From a virus (Duplodnaviria > Caudoviricetes): a stretch of DNA of 64,000 nucleotides. Positions 44,124-53,722 of this stretch are shown one piece after another. A program made the translations under genes and the position numbers. The notes beneath the pieces were generated by a model. That model ran no database searches. It was not told the DNA's origin and saw nothing but the letters and a program-made list of their open reading frames with translations. The stretch's first letter is position 1; every line of letters starts with the position of its first letter. The stretch is taken from positions 1 through 64,000 of the IMG/VR virus record IMGVR_UViG_3300037400_001189. One strand, given 5' to 3'.

Positions 44124-44139
44124 GCAGCATAATTGCTGC
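44124..44139 (-). promoter_or_regulatory. Putative vRNAP hairpin promoter (first)
   Basis: gcagca-TAAT-tgctgc. Confidence 0.75.
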
Positions 44140-44193
44140 TATTTAACAAAAGAAAGGAGCGAAGCGACCAGATACATTTCCCCTGTGGCAGGA

Positions 44194-44307
44194 GCACAGG
44201 ACAGCATAGCACACACCTACCCCCACCCCCTATGGCACAGGGACAGCATGGCACAGCAGGGACAGCAGGCAGGAGAGAGCACAGTGCAGCACAGCACAGG
44301 TGCACAG
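44194..44307. repeat. GCACAG short-repeat cluster in the probable genome terminus region
   Basis: Seven GCACAG copies (44194, 44235, 44251, 44279, 44289, 44294, 44302) plus GACAG variants. Confidence 0.8.
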
Positions 44308-44544
44308 GCAGCACACAGTACCGCAGGCTCGATAAGGGGCTCCACAGCACACGACACCGGGGGGAGTCTTCGATTTCTTGAGCTCGGTGGCGCAGTGCTA
44401 CCTCCATAAAAAATTATTAAAATTTCAAGTATAATTTTGACCAGTATGCTATGGAGATTTATATGGAACAGAACAGATGGTTTTTCTTTATATGGCTTTG
44501 GAACTTGATTAAGAAGGTTAATAAATTATTAGGAGGACACTAGT

Positions 44545-44862
44545 ATGAAAGCTATGATTAGCCAGCCTATGGCTGGAAAGACTGATGAAGAAATACAGAT
44601 GGCTAAGATTAAAGCTTCTAAAGATTTGGAAGATATGGGATATGAAGTGGTAGATACTCTCTTTAGCGGTGACTGGTGCAATCGTGAATCACTGAAAAGA
44701 CTAGGCATAGCTAATATTCCTTTATGGTTTCTTTCCAAGTCTCTTGAGAAGATGAGCGAATGCGATGCAGTGTATTTCTGCAAGGGATGGGCTAATGCAA
44801 GAGGATGCAAGGTAGAGCATGAAGCTGCTCTTAGATATGACTTAAGGTGCATTCATGAATAG
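44545..44862 (+). CDS. DUF4406-like protein (nucleoside deoxyribosyltransferase-like fold)
   Basis: MISQPMAG...MSECDAVYFCKGWANARGCKVEHEAA. Confidence 0.8.
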   Translation: MKAMISQPMAGKTDEEIQMAKIKASKDLEDMGYEVVDTLFSGDWCNRESLKRLGIANIPLWFLSKSLEKMSECDAVYFCKGWANARGCKVEHEAALRYDLRCIHE

Positions 44863-45019
44863 ATTCAAGATAGCCAGAAGACTTATAGTATGGTTTATGA
44901 GTCTATGGGACGATAACTGGTGGTACAGCTACAGGTATGACAGATGGTTTCCCAAGTGCAGGAACTGCTATGGAGAAAGAACATGGAAATGTCCTGTAGA
45001 CTGTGAAGGAGACAGGTAA
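44855..45019 (+). CDS. Small Trp/Cys-rich protein (54 aa)
   Basis: Translated by hand; TAATG-coupled to the next gene. Confidence 0.55.
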   Translation: MNRFKIARRLIVWFMSLWDDNWWYSYRYDRWFPKCRNCYGERTWKCPVDCEGDR

Positions 45020-45699
45020 TGGAAATAGAGGCTGTTAAAAGGCTCGTTCCCAAGAACCAGAGAGGAATGATAACTCCTGAGTTCTGCGAGAAGGTGGAGA
45101 AATGCGTTAACGATCCAGTTCTTGCAGAACAGGTAAAGAGCAATTTCATTTCCTATCTGAATGTGCTTAGCACTGGCAAGTTCTCCATGGACGAGTATCT
45201 TAATGCAGTGAAGTATGTATCGTTCAAGCTTCTCAACTATACCAATAGAGATGCCTATGCAGCTACCTTCCCTGACAGATGGGAGAGAATGGTGAAGGAA
45301 GGTGTAGAAGAGAAAAGGATGGATGCATATGTGGCAATGTACAACAAGTCCAAGCTTGTGATGGCTATCTATGAGCAGACTATTGTTCCTACATATGTTC
45401 TTAATGCTCCTCTGCATCAGGAAGCATTGAATGTTCTTGCAAAGATGATAAAGGATCCTTCTGTAAGAGGAATGGCTAAGGTAAAGGCATGCGAAGCTAT
45501 TCTTACCCATACTAAGCAGCCAGAGATAGTGAAGGGAGAATTGACCATAGGACTGCAGGAGAACGAGACTATAGCAGAGCTTAGGGAAGTTACTGAACAG
45601 CTTGCCAATACCTTTAGAGCTTCCATAGGAAAGGGAAAGACATTGCAGGATGTAGCTGAAGCACAAATCATAGATGTCAAGGTAGAGGAGATAGAGTAA
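45019..45699 (+). CDS. N4 gp69-like protein, putative terminase small subunit
   Basis: Directly upstream of terL; YLNAVKYVSFKL...AYAATFPDR...VAMYNKSKLV resembles N4-type homologues. Confidence 0.75.
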   Translation: MEIEAVKRLVPKNQRGMITPEFCEKVEKCVNDPVLAEQVKSNFISYLNVLSTGKFSMDEYLNAVKYVSFKLLNYTNRDAYAATFPDRWERMVKEGVEEKRMDAYVAMYNKSKLVMAIYEQTIVPTYVLNAPLHQEALNVLAKMIKDPSVRGMAKVKACEAILTHTKQPEIVKGELTIGLQENETIAELREVTEQLANTFRASIGKGKTLQDVAEAQIIDVKVEEIE

Positions 45700-47309
45700 T
45701 GGATGCTGAAGTTAATTCTACCTTGGATGATCTGCTTAAGAAAGTAGACTACCATAAGTTCAATGAAGGATATGTCCCTACTGCCTTTGCTGTTAAGTTT
45801 ATTAACTTTATTAAGCTAGTTAATGGAGAAGCAGGAGAAGAAAATAAGTCTCCTTTGTTTCACTATGACATGCTTGATGCAGTGCATGACAATAGCAATA
45901 CTCTCATAGTCAGCTTCCGTGGTTCAGCCAAGTCTACTGTCATGGCAGAATACATGTTTCTGTACATAGCAGTATTTGGACAGCTTGATGGATTTGGAAA
46001 TGTCACTGTAGCCATGTATGTAGGCGATACTATGGAGAATGGCTGCAAGAACCTTAGAGCCAACATAGAGCACAGGTATACTAATTCTGAGTTCTTGAAA
46101 AAGTTTATCCCAAAGACTAGGTTTACTGATGTAGAGATGGAGTTTGTCAATGCAGAAGGACACCAGTTCTGTGTCAGAATGTTTGGTGCCAATACAGGTG
46201 TCCGTGGTTTCAAGAAGTATGGACAGAGACCTCAGTTTGCAGTGCTTGACGACTTGATGTCTGATAAAAGTGCAGAGTCAAAGACTATTGTCAAAGACAT
46301 AGAGAATGTCATATACAAAGCTGTCAGGCAAGCTATGCATCCTACTAAAAGAAAAGTTGTATGGATAGGAACTCCTTTTAATAAGAAGGATCCTCTTTAC
46401 AAGGCTGCAGGAAGTCCAGCATGGACTACTAGAGCCTATCCCATATGCGAGAAGTTTCCCTGCATCAAGGGAGAATTCATAGGAGCATGGGAAGACAGAT
46501 TCAGTTACAAGGCTGTGAAGGCAGAGTATGATTTGCTTAAAAGCACTGGCAAGATAGATGCCTTTAATCAGGAATTGATGCTGAGGATTCTTAGCGATGA
46601 TGACAGGCTTGTACTGGATGAAGACATTATCTGGTACAAGAGAAGTTCAGTAATGGATAGCTTGGAAGACTATAATGTCTATATAACTACTGACTTTGCT
46701 ACCAGTGAAGATGATAGGTCTGATTTCTCTGTTATATCAGTATGGGCAGTGGATTATACAGGAAGGTTTCACTGGATAGATGGAATAGTTAAGAGACAGG
46801 ACATGGCTAAGAATATGGATGATCTGTTTAGGCTTGTAGACTTGTATCATCCATTAAGCACTGGCATAGAGGTGTCTGGACAGCAGAAGGGATTTGTAGC
46901 TTGGGCTAAGAGAGAGATGGTAACTAGAGGAATATTCTTTGGAATAGCTTCAGACAAGACTTCTGGAGAGGAGGGATTAAGACCTAATACTAGCAAGCTT
47001 ACTAGGTTTAATGTAGCTCTTCCTTTATTCAAGGCTAGGAAGATAGCTTTTCCAGAAGAATTAAAGGAATCTGCTTCAATGGTGGAATTCATGGATGAAT
47101 TGACTAGCGTTACTCCCAGTGGATTCAAGTCTCAGCATGACGACTGTGCAGATACAATTAGTCAGCTTCCATTGATAGATTATTTCTCTCCAATGGATCC
47201 TAAGCTGAAAAAGAAGAGTCCTGCAGTTGAACCAGTATGCAGAGGAAGATATTTTGACTTAGGTGTAGAGCAGGCTGAAACCAATCAGCTTGCTTCATAC
47301 ATCGTATAG
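45699..47309 (+). CDS. terL: Terminase large subunit
   Basis: FRGSAKST Walker A, VRG, VLDD Walker B, IGTP, DFATS and HDDCAD nuclease motifs. Confidence 0.93.
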   Translation: MDAEVNSTLDDLLKKVDYHKFNEGYVPTAFAVKFINFIKLVNGEAGEENKSPLFHYDMLDAVHDNSNTLIVSFRGSAKSTVMAEYMFLYIAVFGQLDGFGNVTVAMYVGDTMENGCKNLRANIEHRYTNSEFLKKFIPKTRFTDVEMEFVNAEGHQFCVRMFGANTGVRGFKKYGQRPQFAVLDDLMSDKSAESKTIVKDIENVIYKAVRQAMHPTKRKVVWIGTPFNKKDPLYKAAGSPAWTTRAYPICEKFPCIKGEFIGAWEDRFSYKAVKAEYDLLKSTGKIDAFNQELMLRILSDDDRLVLDEDIIWYKRSSVMDSLEDYNVYITTDFATSEDDRSDFSVISVWAVDYTGRFHWIDGIVKRQDMAKNMDDLFRLVDLYHPLSTGIEVSGQQKGFVAWAKREMVTRGIFFGIASDKTSGEEGLRPNTSKLTRFNVALPLFKARKIAFPEELKESASMVEFMDELTSVTPSGFKSQHDDCADTISQLPLIDYFSPMDPKLKKKSPAVEPVCRGRYFDLGVEQAETNQLASYIV

Positions 47310-47317
47310 GAGGACAG

Positions 47318-47728
47318 ATGAAAACAGCTGTCTGTAATTTGGAACTGTATCAGGGAAATGATGATATCTATGTTCTTAAGTTTGAAGACGTAGACAATGA
47401 TGGAAACAAGACTCAGTCGGATCTTACAGGATACTATTTCTTTATGGCTGTAAAGGCTGAAATAACTGGAGATGCATTGGCTGAATTGAGTACAGGCAAT
47501 GGCTGTATTCGTTCAGGTATACTGAATGAAGAAGGAAGCTTTGAAGATTCAGAAGTTAAGCCTTATGCCATTAGACTGCAGTTTCCTCACGAGTTTACTG
47601 AAACTCTTCAGTTTCCCAAGTATGTATATGACTTGTTTGGCATAAAGAAGGACGGAACTAGAGAAGTGCTCATGAAAGGCTCTCTAGACGTGTCTAGGAG
47701 CGTTAGCTATGGGTCTAAACGCAAATAG
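47318..47728 (+). CDS. Tail adaptor protein (BppU-like beta-sandwich)
   Basis: LELYQGND...DLTGY...MAVK...YVYDL...LMKGSLDV. Confidence 0.6.
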   Translation: MKTAVCNLELYQGNDDIYVLKFEDVDNDGNKTQSDLTGYYFFMAVKAEITGDALAELSTGNGCIRSGILNEEGSFEDSEVKPYAIRLQFPHEFTETLQFPKYVYDLFGIKKDGTREVLMKGSLDVSRSVSYGSKRK

Positions 47729-48026
47729 CATAGTTACAGTCCAGAAAGTAAGGCATAATGTTTCTGCCATAGAAAAGCCAAAGCATACTGAAATACTTGT
47801 AATGAAGGCTGCTGCTGGATCTGACGGCAGAGATGGCAGAAATGGATATGACGGAAGAGACGGCATAGATGGTCAGGATGGAGAAGTGTTTGTTCCTCAT
47901 GTAAATGACAGAGGCATTATAGAGTGGACAAAGGAATCTAATCCTGAATCTGCCAGTTCTATTAACATGCTGGCTAACATAGCTAGCATAACTAATATTG
48001 AAATTTTGAATATAGTAAATAGCTAG
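47709..48026 (+). CDS. Short collagen-like tail adaptor
   Basis: Eight G-X-Y triplets (GSDGRDGRNGYDGRDGIDGQDGEV); C-terminal SITNIEI. Confidence 0.7.
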   Translation: MGLNANSIVTVQKVRHNVSAIEKPKHTEILVMKAAAGSDGRDGRNGYDGRDGIDGQDGEVFVPHVNDRGIIEWTKESNPESASSINMLANIASITNIEILNIVNS

Positions 48027-48034
48027 GAGATGGT

Positions 48035-49510
48035 ATGGCTGCTACAAAATATCTAGATTATGATGGTTTGCTTTATTTCTGGTCTTTAATCAAAGCTAAG
48101 CTTGCTCTTAAAGCTGATGCACAGTCTGTAACTGCAGGTTCATATGGACCTAGTGCTGATGCTAGTCCTGCACATAGCGGTACATTCAAGGTTCCTTATG
48201 TACAGGTAACTTCTCAAGGTGTTGTTACTGCTATTTCAGAGAAGACTATTACTCTTCCTGCTAGTGGCAATACTGATACCAAGGTAAAGCAGAACCTTAA
48301 GGCTACTTCTGATACTGGCAAGTATCCTATTCTTTTAAAGAATAGTACCACAGCTACAGATAACCCTACAGGTGAAGCTAACTATGCTGCAGCTATTACT
48401 GTACAGCCTTCTACAGGTACAGTTAAAGCTACCAAGTTTGAAGGTGCAGTAACTGGCAATGCTGATAGTGCTACTGAATTTAGTTCTGCCCAGTCTGTGA
48501 CTCTTACTGGAGATGTTACTGGTACAGCATCTAGCAAAGCAGGATGGTCTATTGCCACTACTCTTGCTGATTCTGGTGTTGCTGCAGGAACAGTTGGCAA
48601 TACTACTCAGCAGACTCCTTCACATGGCGGTACATTTAATATTCCTTATGTAACTGTTGATGCTAAAGGCAGAGTTACTGCTGCAGGAACTACTACAGTA
48701 AAGCTTCCTGCTGATAACAATACAGATACTTTAGTTACTCAGAACGTTTCTACTGCTAATGAAGAACATCCTATTCTTTTAACTGTAACTAAGGATGCTG
48801 TTAACAATCAAGGAGCAAAGACTTCTATATTTGCTGCTGGTGTTAAAGTTAATCCTTCTACCGGAACCATTACTGCTACAAAGTTTAGCGGTGCTGTACA
48901 AGGTAAAGCTACAGATGCAGATCATGCAGATGAAGCAGATGTTGCTGATAAAGTAACTAACGATTTAGTCCTTAAGATTAAAACTGGTACATCTGAAGGA
49001 ACTAGTCTTTATACTTATAATGGCAGTGCAGGAAAGACTTTAGATATTAAACAGGGAAGTAATATTACTCTTACTGCTGCAGCTAACAGTCTTACTATTG
49101 CCGGTGTAGGTGATACAAAAAATACTGCTGGTTCTACTGATTCTTCTAGCAAGTTGTTTATTATAGGTGCTACTTCACAAGCAGCTAATCCTCAGACGTA
49201 TAGCCAAGATACTGCTTATGTAGGTACTGATGGATGTTTGTATTCTAATAGCAAGAAATGTTTTACTTCAGATGATGCTTATACCAAAACTGAAATAGAT
49301 AATAAACTTACTTCTGCTATGCATTATAAGGGCAGTAAAAATACTTATGCTGATCTTCCTGCTACAGGTAATGCAGTAGGTGATTTTTACAATATTACTC
49401 AAACTGGAGAAAACTATGCTTGGACAGGTGATACATGGGATGTAACAGGCAGCATAGTTGATCTTCAGTCTATTACTAATGCTGAAATTGATACTGTAGT
49501 TGCTAGCTAA
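48035..49510 (+). CDS. Tail fibre protein with an internal duplication
   Basis: Two copies of PxHxGTFxxPYVxVxxxGxVTA...LPA..NTDT.V.QN...PILL; Thr/Ala/Gly-rich. Confidence 0.8.
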   Translation: MAATKYLDYDGLLYFWSLIKAKLALKADAQSVTAGSYGPSADASPAHSGTFKVPYVQVTSQGVVTAISEKTITLPASGNTDTKVKQNLKATSDTGKYPILLKNSTTATDNPTGEANYAAAITVQPSTGTVKATKFEGAVTGNADSATEFSSAQSVTLTGDVTGTASSKAGWSIATTLADSGVAAGTVGNTTQQTPSHGGTFNIPYVTVDAKGRVTAAGTTTVKLPADNNTDTLVTQNVSTANEEHPILLTVTKDAVNNQGAKTSIFAAGVKVNPSTGTITATKFSGAVQGKATDADHADEADVADKVTNDLVLKIKTGTSEGTSLYTYNGSAGKTLDIKQGSNITLTAAANSLTIAGVGDTKNTAGSTDSSSKLFIIGATSQAANPQTYSQDTAYVGTDGCLYSNSKKCFTSDDAYTKTEIDNKLTSAMHYKGSKNTYADLPATGNAVGDFYNITQTGENYAWTGDTWDVTGSIVDLQSITNAEIDTVVAS

Positions 49511-49520
49511 GGAGTAGGTT

Positions 49521-52385
49521 ATGGCTGTAAAGTTTCTAGATAATACTGGCCTTGCTTATTTTTGGACGAAGATAAAGAACTACGTTATAAATTTGCTTAG
49601 CTCAAAAGCAGATGATTCTGCTGTTGTGCATATTGCTGAGGCAGAAACGGTAACTGGAGCTAAGACATTCACATCAACCGTTGCTACTAATGGCTCTTAT
49701 ACAAAAAAAGCAGGTAACATAGATAAAACGGCAACTGGTACTGGAGAACAGGAATCTGTAATATTCAATACCGTCGATAAAAATAACATTGCAATATGTC
49801 AATTAAATGCAGAACGAAATCTTGTTGAAGCATTTCAAGAACTTCGATTTAGAAATTGGAATATCAATAATCTTTGGAGTGATTTTAGACTAAGATGTAC
49901 TGATGATAACAAATATTGGCTTACTATGGCGGCCAAAAATGGAATGAGTTTTGGTCTTTCTGCAACAGATAATAGTCTTAGCATTCCAACTACATCTTGG
50001 GTAAGATCTGCAACTGGAAATTTTGCCTGCAATGCAGCCACCGCTTCTGCTGTTGCATGGTCTGGTATTACTAATAAACCTACGACTATATCTGGTTATG
50101 GTATTACTGATGCCAAGATAGCCAATGGAACAATAACCCTTGGTTCCAATAGCATCACACCTTTAACTTCTCATCAAACATTACCTACTCTTAGTAGAAC
50201 TATATCTGGTTCTGGTAATGCCATTACAGACATTACTGTATCCAATCATGCTATAACTGCTACTAAAGGAAGCACATTTCTTACATCTGCTTCTACTTTA
50301 GATGCTACTAAGTTATCTGGTACTATTCCTTCTAGTTGCTATACTAATACAACTTATACTGCTGGTACTGGGTTATCTCTTAGTGGTACAAAGTTTTCTT
50401 TAGCTAGTCATAATCAGGCATCGAATACTATCAATGCTATGACCGGATACAGCAAGCCCAGTTCTACGTCTGCTATCGCGGCTAGTGATACTCTCAACCA
50501 AGCCATAGGCAAGCTGGAAAAAGCCGTAGACGATGCAGATATTTCAAATGTTGTACATAAAACTGGCGATGAAATTATTCAAGGTGTAAAAACTTTTAGT
50601 AATGCTCATAATTGGTACACAGATGGTGCTGAAACTTTATCAAGTATTCAAATACAATGTCCTTTTTTAGAAAGGAACACAGTACCAGTAGATGCAAGTT
50701 ATGGTGGTTTAATTATTTTAGATAAAAATGCTAATGGAGTTGATATAGATTATAGCCATAGATTAGCTGCATTAGAATTTTCTAAGTTAGCTGATAATAC
50801 TTCTTATATACGATTAAAAACATATAATCCAACAACTATAGGTGCTGGTTTTGAACAAATATCTGTAGGATATGATGAGAATACTATACCATATAGTACT
50901 GCTCCATCTACATCTTTAGATAGAACTGATGGTGAAGATATTTTAACAAGAAATTGGATACCAAAAGATACAAGAATAGTACACACAACAGGTGCTGAAA
51001 CTGTAGCTGGAGCTAAAACCCTAAATGATAAGTTAACTATAAATAATGAAATTCAAATAAATAGGGATAACGGTTCTGTATTCGGGTTATATCTTAGAGG
51101 TGCTAATCAAAATTTTGGTATTTGTCTATCTGCTACAGATATAACTAAAGGTACAAATCCGAGTGCTACAGAACAATATGGTATAGGTTTTTACGGTACT
51201 GATGTAAGTAGCTGGAAGCAACGTATTGGTTATATAGGTGGTAAAGTAGCTACAAACGGATTGTGTACTTTTGGTATATATACCTATGATTTTCATAAAA
51301 CTGATGGAACTAGTAGTGGTATTGAAGTTACTATAGATGCTAATGGTGCAGCATATACTTCTGCTGTTACTCCTGCAGCATCTTCAAATACAACAAATAT
51401 TGCTACTACTGCATGGGTAAGAACATTTTGTGATACTACTCAAAAATACATGAAAGCTGTATCTGTTACAGGATCTGGTAATGCTGTAACTACTGCTTCT
51501 CTTTCTAATGGTACTCTTACTCTTACTAAAGGAACTACATTTCTTACTAGTCATCAAAGTTTAGCTAATTATGCTACTTTAAATACTGAACAAACTTTTT
51601 CTCGTGGTAAACACTTTTGGTATTGGTCAGCTTTTAAAGATCAAACTTATACATATAAGCAACAAGTATATTGTGTAGTTCAATTTAGAGATAAAAATAA
51701 TGCTATTTATGCACAGAATAAAGTATTTGGATCAGAGGATGGTACAACAGCATATTATCAATGGATTTTAAACGATCCTAAAAAAACTATTAGTGATAGT
51801 AATAACGTAACTATAGAATTAACTGTTACTAATTCTTCATGGACGTTTTGTCCAGTATCTAATAATGATAATGTTGTTACCCTAGGTTCTGCTGGAAGAA
51901 GATGGAAACAATTATATGCTGGTACTACTACTATTGGAACATCGGATAAACGGCTAAAAAATAGTATATCTGATATTCCTAGTAAAGTGTTAGATGCTTG
52001 GGATAAAATCAACTGGGTGCAATTCAAATTTAATGATGCTACTGATGAAAAGCCTGCTGATCAAGTTAGGCTACATACAGGTCTTATTGCCCAAGATATT
52101 CAACAAATAATGTTGAATGATGATGTTGATATTAGTAAGTATGGACTATTTTGCTATGATGTATGGGAACATAAAGATCCTATATATGATAAAGAAGGAA
52201 ATATTATTCACAACGAGGTACAAGCTGGTGATAGGTATTCCTTACGTTATGAAGAAGCTCTCTGCATGGAAGCAGCATATCAAAGACGTAAAAATAAAAT
52301 TTTAGAAAACCGTATCTCTGAACTTGAAAAGCAGGTTTCAGATATGCTAATTCTGTTACAGAATTTAACCAACGGTAATGGTTAA
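49521..52385 (+). CDS. Long tail fibre with a C-terminal peptidase S74 intramolecular chaperone
   Basis: Repeated VHxxxxETxxGxKTF units; SDKRLKNSI...W..F...GLIAQDI...LRYEE plus coiled coil. Confidence 0.88.
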   Translation: MAVKFLDNTGLAYFWTKIKNYVINLLSSKADDSAVVHIAEAETVTGAKTFTSTVATNGSYTKKAGNIDKTATGTGEQESVIFNTVDKNNIAICQLNAERNLVEAFQELRFRNWNINNLWSDFRLRCTDDNKYWLTMAAKNGMSFGLSATDNSLSIPTTSWVRSATGNFACNAATASAVAWSGITNKPTTISGYGITDAKIANGTITLGSNSITPLTSHQTLPTLSRTISGSGNAITDITVSNHAITATKGSTFLTSASTLDATKLSGTIPSSCYTNTTYTAGTGLSLSGTKFSLASHNQASNTINAMTGYSKPSSTSAIAASDTLNQAIGKLEKAVDDADISNVVHKTGDEIIQGVKTFSNAHNWYTDGAETLSSIQIQCPFLERNTVPVDASYGGLIILDKNANGVDIDYSHRLAALEFSKLADNTSYIRLKTYNPTTIGAGFEQISVGYDENTIPYSTAPSTSLDRTDGEDILTRNWIPKDTRIVHTTGAETVAGAKTLNDKLTINNEIQINRDNGSVFGLYLRGANQNFGICLSATDITKGTNPSATEQYGIGFYGTDVSSWKQRIGYIGGKVATNGLCTFGIYTYDFHKTDGTSSGIEVTIDANGAAYTSAVTPAASSNTTNIATTAWVRTFCDTTQKYMKAVSVTGSGNAVTTASLSNGTLTLTKGTTFLTSHQSLANYATLNTEQTFSRGKHFWYWSAFKDQTYTYKQQVYCVVQFRDKNNAIYAQNKVFGSEDGTTAYYQWILNDPKKTISDSNNVTIELTVTNSSWTFCPVSNNDNVVTLGSAGRRWKQLYAGTTTIGTSDKRLKNSISDIPSKVLDAWDKINWVQFKFNDATDEKPADQVRLHTGLIAQDIQQIMLNDDVDISKYGLFCYDVWEHKDPIYDKEGNIIHNEVQAGDRYSLRYEEALCMEAAYQRRKNKILENRISELEKQVSDMLILLQNLTNGNG

Positions 52386-52413
52386 ATTATTCACTAACAT
52401 TTAACAAAGGAGT

Positions 52414-53184
52414 ATGCCTATGGACAGTGTAGCTATGCCTGTTCTTGAAAACAGTGGTTTTGGTGGTGCTGGTATGGGTGCTGGTTTCATTGGTGGTTTA
52501 GTTCTTGGCTCCATCTGGAATGGTGGATGGGGAGGCTGGGGAGGCAATGGCAGAGGTGCTATGCAGGCAGGAGCAGATGTTGCTCTTGCTAATGCAGTAG
52601 AGCATGTTGGTGATGCTGTTAATCAGGGCACTATTTCTCAGCTTCAGTCTGCTAATCAGCTTGGTCTTCAGATTGCCAACAGCAATGCAGGTACTGTTAA
52701 CGCTGTGAATCAGAATACCATTGCAGGCATGCAGGGCAATGCTCAGCTTGCTCAGCAGATGTGCATGTCTACTGGCAGATTGTCTCAGGAAATTGATCAG
52801 ACTGGTGACATGACTAATGCTGCCATTAATCAGGTTAATATCCAGAGCATGCAGAATACTCAGGCTCTTGGTGAGAAGCTCTGTGCTATTAATAATAACA
52901 TTACTTCTCAAGGCTACGAGAACAGGCTACAGGCTCAGGCATTAGCTTCTCAGCTTCAGGCTCAGCATGCAGAACTTTCTGCACAGATTTCTGATGAAAA
53001 CTGCAAGGACAGGGAACTTATGCGTGAGATTGCTGCACAGAATGTCAGAGATCAGCTTGCTCAGGCTCAGGCTCAGAATGCTGCTCTTGTTGCTCAGATT
53101 AATCTTCAGGGACAGCTTCAGCAGCAAACCTTGTATCTTATCGACCAGTTGAAGACTACAACTACACCTACTGCAGGTGCATAG
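52414..53184 (+). CDS. Gly/Trp-rich N-terminus plus Gln/Asn/Ala-rich coiled-coil protein
   Basis: GAGFIGGLVLGSIWNGGWGGWGG, then Q/A/N-rich heptads. Confidence 0.8.
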   Translation: MPMDSVAMPVLENSGFGGAGMGAGFIGGLVLGSIWNGGWGGWGGNGRGAMQAGADVALANAVEHVGDAVNQGTISQLQSANQLGLQIANSNAGTVNAVNQNTIAGMQGNAQLAQQMCMSTGRLSQEIDQTGDMTNAAINQVNIQSMQNTQALGEKLCAINNNITSQGYENRLQAQALASQLQAQHAELSAQISDENCKDRELMREIAAQNVRDQLAQAQAQNAALVAQINLQGQLQQQTLYLIDQLKTTTTPTAGA

Positions 53185-53209
53185 TAGACAATAGGTAGAA
53201 ATTTGTATA

Positions 53210-53245
53210 AGGAGCTTTATCAGTAAAGGTAAAGCTCCTATTTTA
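53210..53245 (+). terminator. Probable terminator
   Basis: aggagcttta...taaagctcct followed by ATTTT. Confidence 0.55.
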
Positions 53246-53260
53246 TATAAGGAGTATGGT

Positions 53261-53722
53261 ATGGTGAGATGGATTTACCTTACTGGCAAGAAAGATACTA
53301 CTGATGGTCTTATTGATGAACAGCTAAAGGAACAGATGCCTAACCATTCTTTTAGCGAATATGACCTTGAAGACCATGCTACTAAGCATAAGCTTGAACA
53401 AGTAATGCATAATCTGGATGAATGGGTTAAAAAGCATATAGAAGAAAAAAAGGAAGAGCATTTCTATGACACTCAGAAGGAAATGATTACTTTTGAAAAA
53501 CCAAAGGACTGGGCTTTCATGAAGCAGTCTGGAAATGTTCTTAAGAATTATCCTGCTACATGGATGACCTATCCTAATACTATAGAAGGAGCTAGGGGCA
53601 TCATAGACATGGAGTATAATGAGTATAAGAATGCAGCTTCATATCAGGATATAAGCCATGAACTGGTGCATCTAGCTTCAGCTTGTCTCTTGTTATGGAG
53701 GAAATTAAACAATGCTGAGTAA
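53261..53722 (+). CDS. Hypothetical helical protein
   Basis: GGAG SD; C-terminal helical hairpin EYNEY...HELVHLASAC. Confidence 0.7.
   Translation: MVRWIYLTGKKDTTDGLIDEQLKEQMPNHSFSEYDLEDHATKHKLEQVMHNLDEWVKKHIEEKKEEHFYDTQKEMITFEKPKDWAFMKQSGNVLKNYPATWMTYPNTIEGARGIIDMEYNEYKNAASYQDISHELVHLASACLLLWRKLNNAE

Noticed and set aside
39539-44139. Regularly recurring hairpins and A-tracts as a CRISPR array
   Set aside because: Repeat sequences differ between copies, the intervening DNA is SD-bearing ORFs, and no cas genes are present; they are terminators and promoter-like hairpins
43952-44409. Track ORFs 43952-44407 (-), 43972-44409 (+) and 44133-44381 (+)
   Set aside because: They are products of the GC-rich repeat region, overlap a real early gene and promoter, and give repeat-derived sequences
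21319-44862. Modified-base (Z-genome, 7-deazaguanine) pathway suggested by DUF6378, DUF4406, the deaminase and dUTPase
   Set aside because: No PurZ, QueC/D/E, FolE, DpdA or glycosyltransferase recognisable
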